Shown here: positions 26,932 through 39,241 of the stretch, one piece after another | Layout of the letters: each line of letters begins with the position of its first letter | Numbering within the stretch: the stretch's first letter is position 1 | Source: Laetmonice hystrix | Lineage: Eukaryota | DNA length: 64,000 nucleotides | Reading direction: 5' to 3' | Assembly: GCA_965235115.1 (NCBI GenBank) | Contig: OZ249439.1 | Coordinates: forward strand, 12,524,001 to 12,588,000 | The notes under the pieces: model-generated | What the model saw: only the letters and a program-made list of their open reading frames with translations | Told to the model about the DNA's origin: nothing | Database searches by the model: none | Translations under genes and position numbers: made by a program

Positions 26932-27234
26932 AGGTGACTTCCGGGTGTGGAAGGGAATCTCCCTCTAGTCTAGCGTTGACCTAAATACCGCATGTACACC
27001 CGGAAGTCACGTGATCACGCGTCATCCTCGCCCGACCGCGGCCAACTCAAATATCCTGTGGGCCGCTCGCTAATTCTGAGCTACGTATTTGCGAGAGATT
27101 TGGCATATTTTCCTTACTAAATACTGGTCGCTGGGCCATAACAGTCTCACATGATGTTACTGGGAGTCCAAGGTATGCGAATCATATGTTTCTAAGACTG
27201 CCATAAATCGAAAAAATGAATTTTACGGCTCCCT
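26932..27234. mobile_element. Possible Kolobok/T2-like non-autonomous element (TTAA|AGG...CCT|TTAA)
   Basis: TTAA at 26928-26931 and 27235-27238, with AGG...CCT termini and an internal inverted repeat gtgacttccgggtgt / acacccggaagtcac. The terminal match beyond 3 bp is weak. Confidence 0.33.
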
Positions 27235-27238
27235 TTAA

Positions 27239-27669
27239 GGACAAGTGCTAGTGTGAGGCAAAAAATTTTTTTTTAATTTTGCAGATAAACAGAGTATGTT
27301 GTCCTCTTTAAAAATTCAGCAAAAAAATGATACCTCACCGGGTTAGTTTTTTTGTTAAGAGCGTTTGAAATTGATATGTTCGTCAAGTTAATTAATAAAT
27401 ACTGTTTACAATTTTTTTTTACCACTTCTATTTGTCATAGCGGTGTTAAAGTTATAGAAGTGGTAAAAAAAAAGTTTGCTCATTTACACCACCAGTGAAA
27501 ATGATTTTTTCTCTCTTTTTTTTTTTTTTTTTTCCGCGAAAAAAAACTAAGTCGGTGAGGTATCATTTTTTTGCTGAATTTTGAAAGAGGACAACATACT
27601 CTATTTATCTGCAAAATTTAAAAAAAATCTGTCTCAAAAAATGTTTTGGCCTCACACTAGCACTTGTCC
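27239..27669. mobile_element. TTAA-flanked MITE with about 115-130-bp TIRs, Kolobok-like (GG...CC termini)
   Basis: Left end ggacaagtgctagtgtgaggc...gatacctcaccg matches the reverse complement of the right end, apart from one roughly 15-nt indel. TTAA lies on both flanks (27235-27238, 27670-27673). There is an internal hairpin ttttaccacttcta...tagaagtggtaaaa. Kolobok has TTAA TSDs and RR termini, whereas piggyBac starts with CCY. Confidence 0.85.
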
Positions 27670-29022
27670 TTAAGATGAATTATTAAATGGACTGAATAAC
27701 AGTTGTTAATCGTCATTTAACACGATATGAATGACATTGACACAGGCCAAGTAAGGAAACATTGTCCAATGTCCAAACTACCATTAAGTAATATTAAATC
27801 ACAATATGCGATAACTATACACGATCAGACCAACTCCAGGGATGGTCTGCACGAGGTTATGATCCAGAAGTGGACACTCGGATTCACATCCCTGATCCCT
27901 GATCCCTGATCCAATAACGGAGCTGGTGTGATTGAATGCGACAGGAAATAACCCGGGGCAGACCGGAAGTCAGTCTCAGACCAAGGAAGATACCAATGTT
28001 TATAATGAACCATTTTTATTAAATTAAATTACAACAATTTAGATTGAAGCTGACAAAATCAGAAGAGAAAATGACATCTTACAGCGCCTGATGGCACATC
28101 GCTACGATACCTCCAATATTCCACTTACTCTGTTGTTTCGGTTACAAATGGTTTCCTCGGCTAAAGATTCTTTCCTTAGCATCTGATCGCATGTAAGTAT
28201 AGGCCTGCGTTTTCGAGAACGACAGCGATAAAGGAACCCGTGCTAATGTGCAGTTCCAGAAATCTACCTAAATGTAGTGGAATTTTACTTCATGAGTGAG
28301 TGCAGCAAATTATTTTCTTATAAGGATGAATATTCATCCCACCTGAATTCACTGAATACTGATGCACATAAAAAGGTTAATGAAATAACTGCATACTGAA
28401 ATGATGCCGTTTCAAACAGTACTGCAACCACAACCCTGCTAGATGGATGAGGCCACTCCTCGAGGATCCTCTCTATTAATGACTGCTGCAGAATGTCTTG
28501 AAGTACTTTTCTATTCACTCAGTGCACACTTATGGGGATCCTATACACTTTTACCCATTAACTGCTACCCTGTTTGCCTAGATTTATTTCTAACAACGTC
28601 GGGCATTATGAGTAATGCCGAAGCTTTCCTTGAACAACATTAAAGTCTATTTTTTGCTTTGCAGGGAAGTAAAAAATATCCCCTCCTTAGAGAAATGCAT
28701 GTCTGCGTATTTCTACATGTGGCATATAAAACTCTCTACCCTCTATACATAATGAAAAATTAATCCCCTGGTTGCCCATCCAGGCCTCCTAGTTCAAACC
28801 GCTGTCACTAATAAAAATGGTTCACACATCCATCCACTAAGTAGTGCCTGTGTCACTACAGCCCAGACACCTGTACATTCCATATACACTGCTGTTCACC
28901 AACAACGTTCTCTGTTCCTTTCAATCTCCCCTTCTGGTTACAGTACATTTTGTTGATCTTTTTAAACGGTAGAGAATCTGCCCTCACGAGGAGTCAAATC
29001 GCCTGTATGAAACCGGCATGAA

Positions 29023-29210
29023 GGGCGATTGGTGGCCGAGCGATTTGAGACTAGTGCCTGTCCTCACCGGTTCGAATCCTTCCCCCTCCTCCTGCCCCGA
29101 CAGAGTTAATATCAGAGGCTGGGCGTATAATACTGTACCTTTAGATTTAAACGTTTAGGAACTCTTGCCACTTATCGAAAGAATATGGCCTTGTCCCGGT
29201 GTGGGGGTTC
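29023..29210 (+). mobile_element. tRNA-derived SINE with a Deu/Nin-like central domain
   Basis: Pol III A box tggccgagcga (29033-29043) and B box ggttcgaatcc (29069-29079). Segment 29148-29202 (aaacgtttaggaactcttgccacttatcgaaagaatatggccttgtcccggtgt) resembles the Deu-domain core as I recall it from AmnSINE1/DeuSINEs. No cloverleaf, so it is not a tRNA gene. Confidence 0.65.
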
Positions 29211-29981
29211 CTTCCTGTATCATTTCATCATACTACTGTCCATCCCGAGGGTGGCCATCAACTGGCGACAGGACGTAAACCACCTACTGATTGAGCCTAG
29301 CGGACTGCCTGCCTGCACTACGTATTTACATAATTCTATGACAGATTATGCAATTATTTCTTTTTGCAGATTTAAGCATCAATATTATCCCACAGAAAAT
29401 ATCTTCTTCAGTACGTGCTCATGTTGATTCAGGAACACCAACTGCAGATTGCTCCAGCAATATTTTTTGGATAAGTCCGGGCTTCAGATTGGACATAATA
29501 CCCATATTGTAATCTTAAGTAACAGAGTAGTGATAACATTATCTTGCCATTCACTATTCTGGACCAATCAACGACGGGAAGAAGCAGCCACCTAAGAAAA
29601 GCTATCAAATAAATTCGTTTGCACTAATACTGGTACGCTAAAAAAGGCAATCTAAACTCGAAATCGCGAACTCCTTTTGCTCGCGTGAGACCCACTGCTG
29701 TTATTTCGCCCCGCCTTCGAAAACCAACTTATGTGACAGACTAACAGGATTCCGAGCGCCTCTGTCTGTGTCTTTAGAAGTTGGTTGCCTCTCGTGAGAC
29801 TACTCAGTGCCAGGTCAGCTGACGTAGACTGAATTGCCATCGGTAAATCTACCAGGGGGACGTGCACTGTATGTCAAGACCAAGCTGTAACAGATGAGCT
29901 GGCAGCGCATGCAATTCATTGTCATAGTCTAAGGTCAGAGAAGGAGCAGCAACAATATAGGCTACATCCTGTAGTGCATAC

Positions 29982-30113
29982 CTCAATGGGCTCATGGACA
30001 GTATTGCAGTGGACACAGTACGGCCTGCCCAGATGTCACGAGGCCAGGCAATATCATGGACAGCTTCGCCCCTTGTCTCAACAACTTCTATCATGAAACA
30101 TGTTTCGTTTACC
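29982..30113 (-). CDS. Candidate 132-nt symmetric phase-2 exon; VNETCFMIEVVETRGEAVHDIAWPRDIWAGRTVSTAILSMSPL
   Basis: Acceptor gtgtttcttcacgtcag and donor GAG|gtatgc, lying inside ORF 29849..30130. AVHDIAW is weakly WD40-like, which is not diagnostic. Confidence 0.33.
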
Positions 30114-32330
30114 CTGACGTGAAGAAACACCTTAGGTGAAAAAGTTCCTTCCCTTTAAAAGCTTATCCCATCACGTCGTGCTGCCTTACAGACTGCTTCA
30201 TTCTACCGGAAATATGATGAATTAATACACAATAGTTTAGTATTGTGTAATTGCATACAAAGGTTATTCTGTAATTACGAAGTACATCAGTGTTATATGA
30301 TCAGTGGGGTAGATAGATGATTGTGGATTGATCTAACGGAGAATGAAGTACTTTAACGCCCTTCAATATCTCAGCTGAGGAATGGCTTTAATGTAGTTAT
30401 TCAAGGGGCTGGTGTGCAAATGGGGCAAAGTGAAAGCACTTCATGTTTGCCAGTCTACTTGAAACCGTGGTCATTATGGCTTTCAGCAAACCACTAAACA
30501 TGGAGCACTGTGTGTATCGGTGGATTACGTCTCTGGCCTGCGCGCACTTTCAGCTGCACTAACAGTGCTCGTCACATCATAAACAGTAATTATTCAGGAG
30601 TAGGTGGTGCACATCATATGCCCTTGTTTTGCCCTGAGATAGCAGGAGAACGTTACACCAAATACATTATGTATAGAGACCCGTGAGCAAGGGACAATCG
30701 CCACCACCGACCCTAGGCATCTCCTGTAGTGGATTAACACCAACTATACGTAAGCTGGGAATAAAAGAGGAAACAAACACCTTCTGGTCATTAGACCTGG
30801 GTGATATTAACAATCTGTGGGTTAAAGGAGGCCTGGAGAATCGACTCCAGGTTTGGTAGGTCCTGTCTACCAGACCACAGCTGGTCGGGTTCGACCTGAA
30901 CAGGAATGAAAGGAAGATTGCCGTCTCCAGCGTTGCTGCCCGGAGGCTGCACCAAACAGCGACTGGAGCACGGCACATCGGTGAATAAGGATTAGATCAA
31001 GGCCAGAAAGTTATCAAAAGCAGAGACACAGAGGGGTGAACATGAACTTTACATTAGGCCCTTCTGGGGTCTCAGCGAGACCGGACCACGCAGGCTGGTG
31101 GACAATGAGGCCATAATGGGATTAGGAGCAGCTGGGGGCATCTAGAGGCCGCCCTGGAGACACAGCCAGAGGAGCTAGCAAGAGACGGCCTGCCATCCGC
31201 CTCCCCAATACTCCAGTAGGTCTCTACCGTCCAACTACTCCCGTCCCCTCCTCCTCCTCAACCCCCAGACAGACATACATCTTTTGTGAGCTGTTGCTGA
31301 CAGTAACCACGACGGTCGATCCATAATCTAATATAGAACCGCGAGGCAATGCTATATTCAGGCCATTGGTGGCAGCTGTTTAGTGGCTGAGCCGTGTGAA
31401 TCAACCCCTTCAACACCCTTCTGCGTCCATCCACCCGCTGACATTGTGTTCCTGTACCAGCTGCCGCCGGATCTTCAATACAACAGCCTTTGATCCGGCT
31501 TTGATTGACAAAACGAATACTTCATTTCTATATCCTTTGGCAATCCTAAACCTTGTGATCATCTGTATCTACTTTGTGAGTCCATGTTCCACTGGCACCT
31601 TAATACAACGAATATCCCAAACAAAGCTGCCGCTAGAAGACGAAACGATGGCGCAAAAAAAAAAAAACTTCACCAGTATCATGATGTACTGGACAAATCC
31701 ATGAATAGGTGGACATGGACCAAAAGTAAAAAAAAACAAATTACTGTAGAAAAGGTTTAACTGGTGCAGTAACATTATCAGACCTGAAAGCTACTAAAAA
31801 TGACAGATTTGGTCTCTGGGACTTCTCATATTTTCAATGTGGCTGTCACAAAGCAGTACAACTTGACTTTCATCAGAAACAGTAACATTTTCCTGTATTC
31901 AACAGCTCATACTTTAGGATAGAACAAAAATTTGTTGGGAAATCATTTGATATTTGTGATACACGAAAACTGCATATCATTTAGAACTCTTGTCTTACCC
32001 TACGGAACCAGGCTGACAGCATGGATATATGTGAGGTGTTTGCTCATGGACAGGTAATTTAAGTGGACAAATTGTAACATCAGTCAGGGTAACGTCAGTC
32101 ACACTATATCATGTACATTCTCGGTGAAAATAAATCAGCATTTTAATTGGTTGTTCTTCTATGTATTTCAATGGGATATGGTCTTATAATGGTATAAGCA
32201 AGAACTTTCTAGTTCCAGTCGTTTGAAGACGGTTTTGAATCAAAGTTGTCCAGATTTTTTCCATGTCCATTTTTCGTAACGTCAGTCAGGCTCGAAACCT
32301 CCACCTCAACACAAAAGAAACATGTAGCTA

Positions 32331-32713
32331 ATGATGAATTGACAATATTTCCATGTCAAGCAAGGCCAAGTATAAGGTCATATTGATACACTGGTTGTGT
32401 GGAAGAGGCGGCCACTGTTCGCGGCGGGTGGGCGTAGTGCCGGGGATCGGGTTGGCCGGTTGGAGCTGCCGACCGCCCGGCCCCGTGTGGTACAGTGTCA
32501 GGCGCACATTGCCACTGTCTCTGGCCGGTAGCATGTCGGTCGACCCGTAGTCTCTTGGGATGAGGTCCCAACCTCACAATACATACCTGATGCAGTTGTC
32601 GCAGATCCAGACCCAGGGGCAGCTAGGATCTCTATCTCCTTCATGTGCAGATATTTCTTCTCGAATAAAGCTTCCAGGAGTGTTCCTCTTGGATCCGCCT
32701 TTTTGGACATCAT
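32331..32713 (-). pseudogene. Coding-like segment, apparently frameshifted and with one TGA; MSKKADPRGTLLEALFEKKYLHMKEIEIL / SCPWVWICDNCIRYVL*GWDLIPRDYGSTDMLPARDSGNVRLTLYHTGPGGRQLQPANPIPGTTPTRREQWPPLPHNQC
   Basis: A hand count over the 68 codons from DYGST gives GC3 (roughly three quarters) > GC1 > GC2. The region is CpG-rich and has a strong donor CAG|gtatgt at 32587/32586. Whether it is a gene or a transposon remnant is unresolved. Confidence 0.35.
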
Positions 32714-35700
32714 GCCACGATATGGTTACGCATAATGTACGTATGGCAACTGGGACTAGGTATACAATACCGTTTTTGAAACATCACAAGGTCGCCAACC
32801 GACAGGAAAACAAGCCGGTTGGACAGCTAGTTCTCTATAATCTCTATCCAAGCGATCACATCATCTCCACATCCTCATCCCCAGAGCATTCCCACCCACA
32901 CACCTCAACCAACACACCCTTAAATCTCCCGTCGCAGGCTATCTTTATTAAATTAGCTGGCTCATCTAATGAAGGAAACACAGAACATCCTTTTTCTTAA
33001 TGTATTCTTTCAGCGATGCTAAAAACAATCAAACGTAACGTCTTACAGAAATTATAACGAAATAGAAAGTAACATAATGCAATCGTGATGCGATTTTTTT
33101 GTTGTGCCATGCCGTTCTCCCGCCAATCATCCACTTTTGTTGCCAGAAACATGGACAAAGTTGAGAACAGACTGATAACGATTCAGCAGCTCGAGTGGCT
33201 GGCTGTACGCTGGGCAGTATAATTCCCCGCCCAGTCTTCGATGACAAGCCAAGTGCTGGCTGACACGGACCAGCTGTCCCTAGCGGGGTGTCGAAGCTGA
33301 CCTTTGTTTGTCATGGCAACCACTGGAGACGCCATGCCAAGTCCCATTGTGGCCGGCAAGTTGTGTCGGAGGCGTCTCACCTGGAGACGGACATGACACC
33401 CCCGTGCCCCCTGCTCTGACCTAGATCCTTGCTATTCACCCCCATTCTCCTTCTACCACCCCATGGGACACCGACAACCTTTCGGTGTGACGTCTCATAA
33501 CTCCTCCTCCGTCAGGCCCCATCGTTTCTTACTTCCTAGATGTTATCAACCCCTTTACGTGGACTTTTAAGACCTTTCCAATAGTGAGACATGTCAGTCA
33601 TCTCGCAAAAGAAGGAGAGATCTAACACTTTAGTCCTGGCATATCCGATAACCCGCTGCTTCAAAAAGATATGACCTCTACAACTGAGATTATTCATATC
33701 AAAAAGGCCAAATGCCCTTTCCTCTTACTTCAGACGCCTACAGCAAGACGGACGATTGCCTCTTTCCATCATAATGTGAGAAAACCTACACCAATATGCC
33801 AAGTGTCACTTTCTACAGCAACTCCAATATACGATCACCAATATAACCAATCGGCACTACGATGCAAGATACAATATGACAGTTTCTCCATGCCAGCAGC
33901 TTTAGCACTACGACATTCGACTATGTCAGTTTTATGAAAGCCAAGAAGTGCAACGCCGGCATTCTACATGTGGCGAAGATCCACTATGGTCCGGCTGACA
34001 GGCATGTTAGACCAACATCAGAGAGACTGCCAACTGACCTGGGGCAGAGGGGGGTGACACAAGATTCATCTCATTCTGTCACCACCGCATGTGCCGATCA
34101 ATCAGCCCTCTACCGGAGGAGGTCGATGTAAATCAGGCCTTGCTTTGTGACTAATTAACTTGCTTTGATTCCCACTTCAAATGGAAACCCCATGAATGAA
34201 AGGTTACGCATTGGAGGATCAATGGGCACACACACGGAGGGTGCCATTGGTACATTGGGTGCACATCCACGGAGACGAATCTATGAAGATCAGGTGTCCC
34301 CTGTCAAAACACCCGTCACCCCTAAAAATGTCATATCAGCCTCACCACCACTTTCTTGTCAAGGCATTGCCTACAAAATAAATTAGATTTGCTCTAATTA
34401 AGGGCTGGGTACAAACGGCTACATGGCAAAAAGTGCGGTTAACCCTGTGCGACAAGGTTGAAAATTACCCCGGTGACCTAGACACCCCAGCGAACGCCTT
34501 GTTAAAGCATTAATATAATCTCTCAAATGATCGCATTGTTGTGCAAGAAGGAAATGCCCTGAAGCGAATTGGTCTGGGATGTACGTGCTATGAGACTGAA
34601 ACAAGGCATGTGATTGAAAACCAATCAAGCGTGAACTGTCTAAGCCATCAGAGATGTCCACTTGAAGCGGTGGCGTGGAGCTGTGAGGCCTGAAATACGC
34701 GTGCCACTGTCATGTCTGTGTGAATCATGTTTCACTCCATGTGGTTGAGAACAACATCAAGGAAAGAGAACGTCCTCATCATAATGATTCGAGCACACGC
34801 GGCCAGTCACTTCACACCGCATATCAAAACATCATTCAGGCAATTGAAAGCCACCAGCGAACCGACTTCAAGGGCACAAAAAATGGGCCCAATCAGTGCA
34901 AAGGGATAAAGAAAGTAAAAATTCAAACTCCGTTATTTCTAGGGGCTCTGTACCTTATCATGCAACCTGAACCATGCACTCAAGGGTAGATGTTCTCATT
35001 ACACTGTGACGAAACTTAAATAATCTTTAAAAAAACTCAATAAAACAATTGCATTATACATATATCTTGTAAACTGAAGGGAATGATGGTATCTCACAAC
35101 TGCAGACTCTGACTGAGGCCACATTTAATGGCCCCGATGGCATGGACAGACACTTCCCCTCCTCTATGCCTCGACTCGGCATTAGACCAACCTGTGCTGA
35201 ATGTTAACCCTTCTGCTACATCCGCATCACCTACTTGAGTGGCATTAACCCTAACCCTACGGTGATAAAGCTCGCACAAGGAGAGTCATTTGTGCCATCT
35301 TGTCGCATTAACAAGTAAGAAATCCATGCCTCAATAATTTATCAGTATGCAATAAGTGTTGAAGTCCTTACATAGGCATGCTCCAGCCAACATGACCTTG
35401 TCAGTAGGTGGTAAATTATGCACTCTGATGGTCACATTGGGATTCCAGGCTGACGACCAGTTTACTTGTGCTCATCTTCACACCTCATGACACGTACCTT
35501 GACTTTTGCAACACCTGCCGCACCCTTCAATCTTCCATCAGCATTAGTGAGATGAGCTGTAATCACACGATTCTCCGGCAGGAGCAGCCGAAATGGGCAA
35601 GACGGGCAAACGGACCGCCAGCCACACATGTGGAAGCAGAGAAATGGGGCGAGTCTTCCTATAGAGAAACCACACAATATTCTGGCTTTTCAAATACTTT

Positions 35701-37010
35701 CAGCCAACGCAGATGTTGCAGACCCCTACTGGAGGTTATGAGAACCAGTATAACTCCAGCCGATTGGGAGGCCCCCATTGGGAGGTTCCTGACTGTTATT
35801 CGTAAGTAGCTGAAAGGGTCGAGGATGCCCAATTTCTATTCTATCTACCAATGTGTTTGTATCGTTTCAAAACGTGCCATAGTTGGCACAGTCCCTTCAA
35901 TGAGACAGTCCCTTCAATGAGACAGACCACTGGCAAGAGGTCTGTGGGTTCAATAGGCAGGGAGTCAAGGGCCACCAAGGTCTGTGTGGCAACACAACGG
36001 TCAATGTGGGAAGCTTACACCAAGACCTTAACTACCATCTGTCTCTCACTCATCCCAGAACGCTATAAACTATCACTGAACCGATCGGGACACAGGTCTG
36101 TCTGTGTTCGCCAACTGACCCTGTGAATAGGAATGGCAAACCTGTGCTCAGCAGGTCGTTCGTCAACACACCAAATATATTCATTGGATTTTACAGATAA
36201 AATGAATGTTTCATCGCTGCATCAAATAAACATGTTTGCTACACAATATAGTTGTCCTTTTTTTACGTGTGTGCAAAACATTTCAGCTGCAACAAGTTCA
36301 CTTAATGGTGGTTTTCTTTATTCCAGTGTCGTATCATGTTTGAAGCAAATTCTTTTTTATAAAGGAATTGTACAAAGAATTTCCCACTGAAAACCGATCG
36401 AAACTGTCATGAAATAGGAACCACGACTTGCCCCACGGGCCTTTAGATATCAAACACTGCTGATGGCAGCTCGCTCTTCAAAGGTAGCATGTCCTAAAAA
36501 CGGCACAAAACACTTTTCTTGTGGGTGGGCCTTAAGAGTGAGAAAAGGAGAATAGCCGTGCAAGAAATACTACTGAGATGAACCAGGGAGCAAGAGAATT
36601 ATTTCGTTTTCAGTGATGTTTCGTTGATAATGTCAATAATCTTTAGAGGGATCTTCCGTGGCCCCGCCCTGGATTCTCCCTCCCAATTTCCCAGCTTTTA
36701 TTGCAAGTTTCGTGTCCTAGCCCTTATTATAGTATATCTCCTCGCTTTCTGTCACTGCGCCATGTCCTAGCTTCATGTCACTGCGTCATTTCCTTACCCT
36801 ATGCCACAGTTCACTAGTCCTGTGGTACAGTCCACTACCACTGTCCCCGTCCTCCCGCCAAGCACAGATGCTCTGGGCTCCAGTTAAACAAAACAACCTC
36901 CTCATTAGGCCAATTACCACCAGACAGTCCATGTTAGACCAGTTCAGATGATGCCCAAGGTTCACTTACATGGGCCAATCAAGGGGGTTGGGCTTCCTGG
37001 CCTCAGGTAG

Positions 37011-37241
37011 GCAGTTCGGGCATCACAAAGCCCAGCCAAGGACCCATGCTTCCTTCAAAATGCCACCCCTTTGATGGTGGTGGATGCATCAAACCCTGAC
37101 GTGGCGGAAATGGACAGCGACCGCATCAATCTCCGCCACGTGCAGCCCTACTCGGACAGGAATTCACTAAATAAAAGATCTTCCGAGACGACCGCTGTGA
37201 ATTTGTCAGCTGGCAGCCACGGCCCCGCTCCCAACACATAA
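37011..37241 (+). other. Stop-to-stop coding-like frame; AVRASQSPAKDPCFLQNATPLMVVDASNPDVAEMDSDRINLRHVQPYSDRNSLNKRSSETTAVNLSAGSHGPAPNT
   Basis: 76 open codons with elevated GC3 in the central part (about two thirds by hand count). No convincing splice sites and no homolog recognised. Confidence 0.25.
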
Positions 37242-37538
37242 TTGGGCAGGCTCGGCAGCCACGATGGCAATGGCCTATCATACTTCCCAGTATAGTTAAT
37301 GTGGTGCTTCTCAAAAAGAAGCAGCCACCAATGTCATCCGATATTTTTTAATAGCCACAGTCGAGGGAGAGGAGAGCGAGTGAGCGTTGGTGGGGGTTTA
37401 CGCCATGTCGACAACCCAGGTTGTTTTTACGACGAAAACATGGTCAAAGTAATAAACCGGGGGGGGGGGTCTGCTATGTGTTAGTAGCCGCTTAGTCCCT
37501 TTATATCAATGTATGCATACACGAACCTATTTTTCTAG

Positions 37539-37870
37539 ATAAAGGCGCGTCTGACGACCTTTTTGACATTGGGCGTTTCAAAGGGAGCGACTGGTACCTG
37601 AATACATACCATATGTTCAGGCACATCGACCAGTCCTGGACCGTAGTCCCAGACGCAGCCCATAATTCTCAGCCATACGTGACCCTCTTCATTATAACAT
37701 CTCATGCCGCCACAAGGCACCTGATACGTCAGCCTTCGGGATGGCTCATCAGGAATGATGTGACCTTGCCAGACAGGGGGCGTGACCTTGTCTATTTCTA
37801 CCCCCTTGTCCGTTACAATCCAAGATCGTCATTATTGGGATTAACGGGATTCCATGTTCATATAACTTGA
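37539..37870 (+). CDS. Candidate exon, about 110 codons; (D)KGASDDLFDIGRFKGSDWYLNTYHMFRHIDQSWTVVPDAAHNSQPYVTLF...PLVRYNPRSSLLGLTGFHVHIT*
   Basis: Acceptor cctatttttctag opens a phase-1 frame that includes ORF 37613..37870. 27 of the first 40 codons end in G/C, and an in-register antisense ORF is present (37535..37720). No family recognised. Confidence 0.35.
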
Positions 37871-38646
37871 TGCAGTTCTACCCTACAGGAAGCCGCCACA
37901 GTCGTACAGCTGCAGGAAAACCTGCCTTTAACTCTGAGATACTGACATTTCGGTATCTCCCACTGAGATGGAGGATAGCAAAGAAGATTGAAGAATTCTT
38001 CTTGTCCTGCTGACCTTTCATCAGTTCTCCCATGCTTTGTAATGAATTATGGAATACCTGGAATGAGATCGGATTACAGACACATCAAGTCCCTTGACCC
38101 CTGATATGTTCCGGTGTAGACGAAAGGACCGGTGGAATGGAAATGCATTACCTGGGAGGCATTGATTGGCTTGGAATCATTGCTCTATTCGAAAGCAAAT
38201 CAAGCAATAGTCTGATTAATAGTTGTACGGGGCCTCCTAGTCTGCCCAGTGATTCCCTATGTACAAATATTGGACATGGAAACTGATGACAAATCGCCAT
38301 ATTCCACACGTCAGGAAACCCAGCTTGGGACCATGCATCATATTTGCCCATTAATAATAACAACATTCTAGCCTCAGACACTCACTGCAGACTGCCATCG
38401 GCTCCCTTTGGCAAATTGAGCATTTTACAGAGCATCCAGCCAACTGACCACTGCTCTATCATTCTGTCAGCAGTCCTGATTTAGCATACGTCTCCCCAGG
38501 TAGTCTGGCTCGGTTGCAGGGACAGGATTACATCACTATCTGGAGACGAAACGCATTCCTGACAGGCCTCTCCGAGAAAACTGGAGCGCCAGGAAGGAAA
38601 ACTTCCCGTTCATTGGCTATCTACATAAAAGGTCACTCCAGTCACC

Positions 38647-38866
38647 AGAGGCTGTCACAATCACATCAATATAGACCTGACGGGAAGCCACAATGACAAC
38701 CACAAAAGACCTGATATGACGTCACTACCACGAGCCTGAGATGAAGCCAGAACTACGCTATCTTTCGGTGAAGCTACAATCACATCATCACAGGCCTGCT
38801 ATGAAGTCAAAATGACATTACCATTTGCTTCAGATGAACTTACTATTACTTTAACACAGACCTGAA
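38647..38866 (+). repeat. Highly diverged tandem repeat of about 33 bp
   Basis: Recurrent tgaagc.acaat.aca....cagacctga-like units. Three consecutive units have an exact 33-nt period (tgaagctaca..., tgaagtcaaa..., tgaacttact...). Confidence 0.55.
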
Positions 38867-39241
38867 CAAACGTCAGTTACTTCAGTCCCCTGCACATGTC
38901 ACGGTTACCTGAATAACAATATCAGAACTATATTTTCAGTACAGAATCTTTCTCTGGCCCGTTGGACCCCGGCTTTCAACATGATCGCTCTGTCTGATCA
39001 ACGGCTCAATCAGGCCATTCATAAACATAAATTTTATTTTCATATTTCTCCAATATTTATTTCTAAAAACGGGTCTGAAATATTTTGAAACTATCATAAT
39101 ATTTACCCCGCTTTTGTAGGCCATATCGAACATGCAGGCCTATTCAGAGGTGGTGTGGCTTGGAGCGTTAAACACGGACCCGCTGTGCCGACACACCGTT
39201 GACTCACACGGGGGTGGGGTGGGATGGAGTGAACTGCTGCC

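Noticed and set aside
35246-35258. Telomere-like TAACCC x2 (also TTAGG x3 at 49247-49260)
   Set aside because: Too few units to exceed chance.
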